This document shows, piece by piece, positions 63,543-64,000 of a stretch of 64,000 nucleotides of DNA (positions within the stretch are counted from its first letter, which is position 1; each line of letters starts with the position of its first letter). Below the pieces are notes generated by a model that did not search any database, had not been told where the DNA came from, and saw only the letters and a list, made by a program, of their open reading frames with translations. The stretch is taken from assembly GCF_003790525.1 (NCBI RefSeq), contig NZ_CP033635.1. The stretch is one strand, 5' to 3'. A program made the position numbers and the translations under genes. Origin of the DNA: Escherichia coli. GTDB taxonomy: Bacteria > Pseudomonadota > Gammaproteobacteria > Enterobacterales > Enterobacteriaceae.

Positions 63543-64000
63543 TTAGCCAGCGTTAGCTTTTACGATATCGTCGATCAGTTTATTGACAGGTGCCAAGCTG
63601 ATTTCACGCGCGGTGCTTACCGCTACCGGTGTGGAACGTACTTTATTTGCCAGTACCTGACCGTCACGGTTAGTGGTATTGACGCTCACCAGCGTGGACA
63701 AACCGATACGCAGCGGGTATTGCTCGAGCTGTTTCTGGTCCAGTTCAATACGAACAGGCAGACGCTGAACGACTTTGATCCAGTTACCGGTGGCGTTTTG
63801 CGCCGGAAGCAGTGAGAACGCGCTACCTGTGCCCATATCCAGACCAACCACTTTACCGGTGTATTTCACATCATCGCCGTAAATATCGGTGGTGATGGTG
63901 ACCGGTTGACCGATACGCATATTGGCAATCTGCGTCTCTTTAAAGTTGGCATCCACCCACATATTGGTGGCTGGAACGACCGCCATCAGCGGCGTCGTTG
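63543..64000 (-). CDS. emrA: Multidrug efflux membrane fusion protein EmrA, C-terminal part only (runs off the window end)
   Basis: Open frame continues to position 64000; C-terminal sequence ...LAPVNKLIDDIVKANAG; immediately upstream of emrB. Confidence 0.9.
   Translation of the reverse strand, partial: TTPLMAVVPATNMWVDANFKETQIANMRIGQPVTITTDIYGDDVKYTGKVVGLDMGTGSAFSLLPAQNATGNWIKVVQRLPVRIELDQKQLEQYPLRIGLSTLVSVNTTNRDGQVLANKVRSTPVAVSTAREISLAPVNKLIDDIVKANAG

Overview
This window is a 64-kb stretch of Escherichia coli chromosome, read in inverted orientation relative to the K-12 map, and I did not find a clear previously undescribed system in it. Almost all of it is well-characterised core genome, identified from the translated ORFs and recognisable RNA and regulatory sequences. 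Order: the distal end of a type I-E CRISPR array (cas genes and leader lie off the left edge), iap, cysDNC, ygbE, ftsB, ispDF, truD, surE, pcm, nlpD, rpoS, a variable islet, pphB, mutS, ygbA, a di-Mop gene, fhlA, hypEDCBA, hycABCDEFGHI, an unknown secreted-protein gene, ascBF/ascG, hydN, hypF, norWV/norR, gutQ-srlR-gutM-srlDBEA, mltB, pncC, recA, recX, alaS, csrA, tRNA-Ser plus four tandem tRNA-Arg, yqaBA, gshA, MicA, luxS, emrB and partial emrA. No transposase, integrase or phage genes were seen. The parts worth a second look are the few accessory pieces: (1) the CRISPR array, with GTG-type repeats and 12 complete spacers; (2) the islet between rpoS and pphB encoding a MarR-family regulator divergent from a UbiX-like/UbiD-like/zinc-ribbon decarboxylase operon, with a perfect 14-bp palindrome in the shared promoter; (3) a tandem Mop-domain gene immediately downstream of fhlA; (4) a 257-aa secreted protein of unknown family between hycI and ascB; (5) an apparent nonsense change shortening pncC by 8 codons; (6) a tRNA 3'-end direct repeat downstream of the tRNA-Arg array. 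Gene starts were adjusted from the ORF track where the known protein N-terminus is recognisable; no database search could be run, so all names rest on recognition of the sequences.
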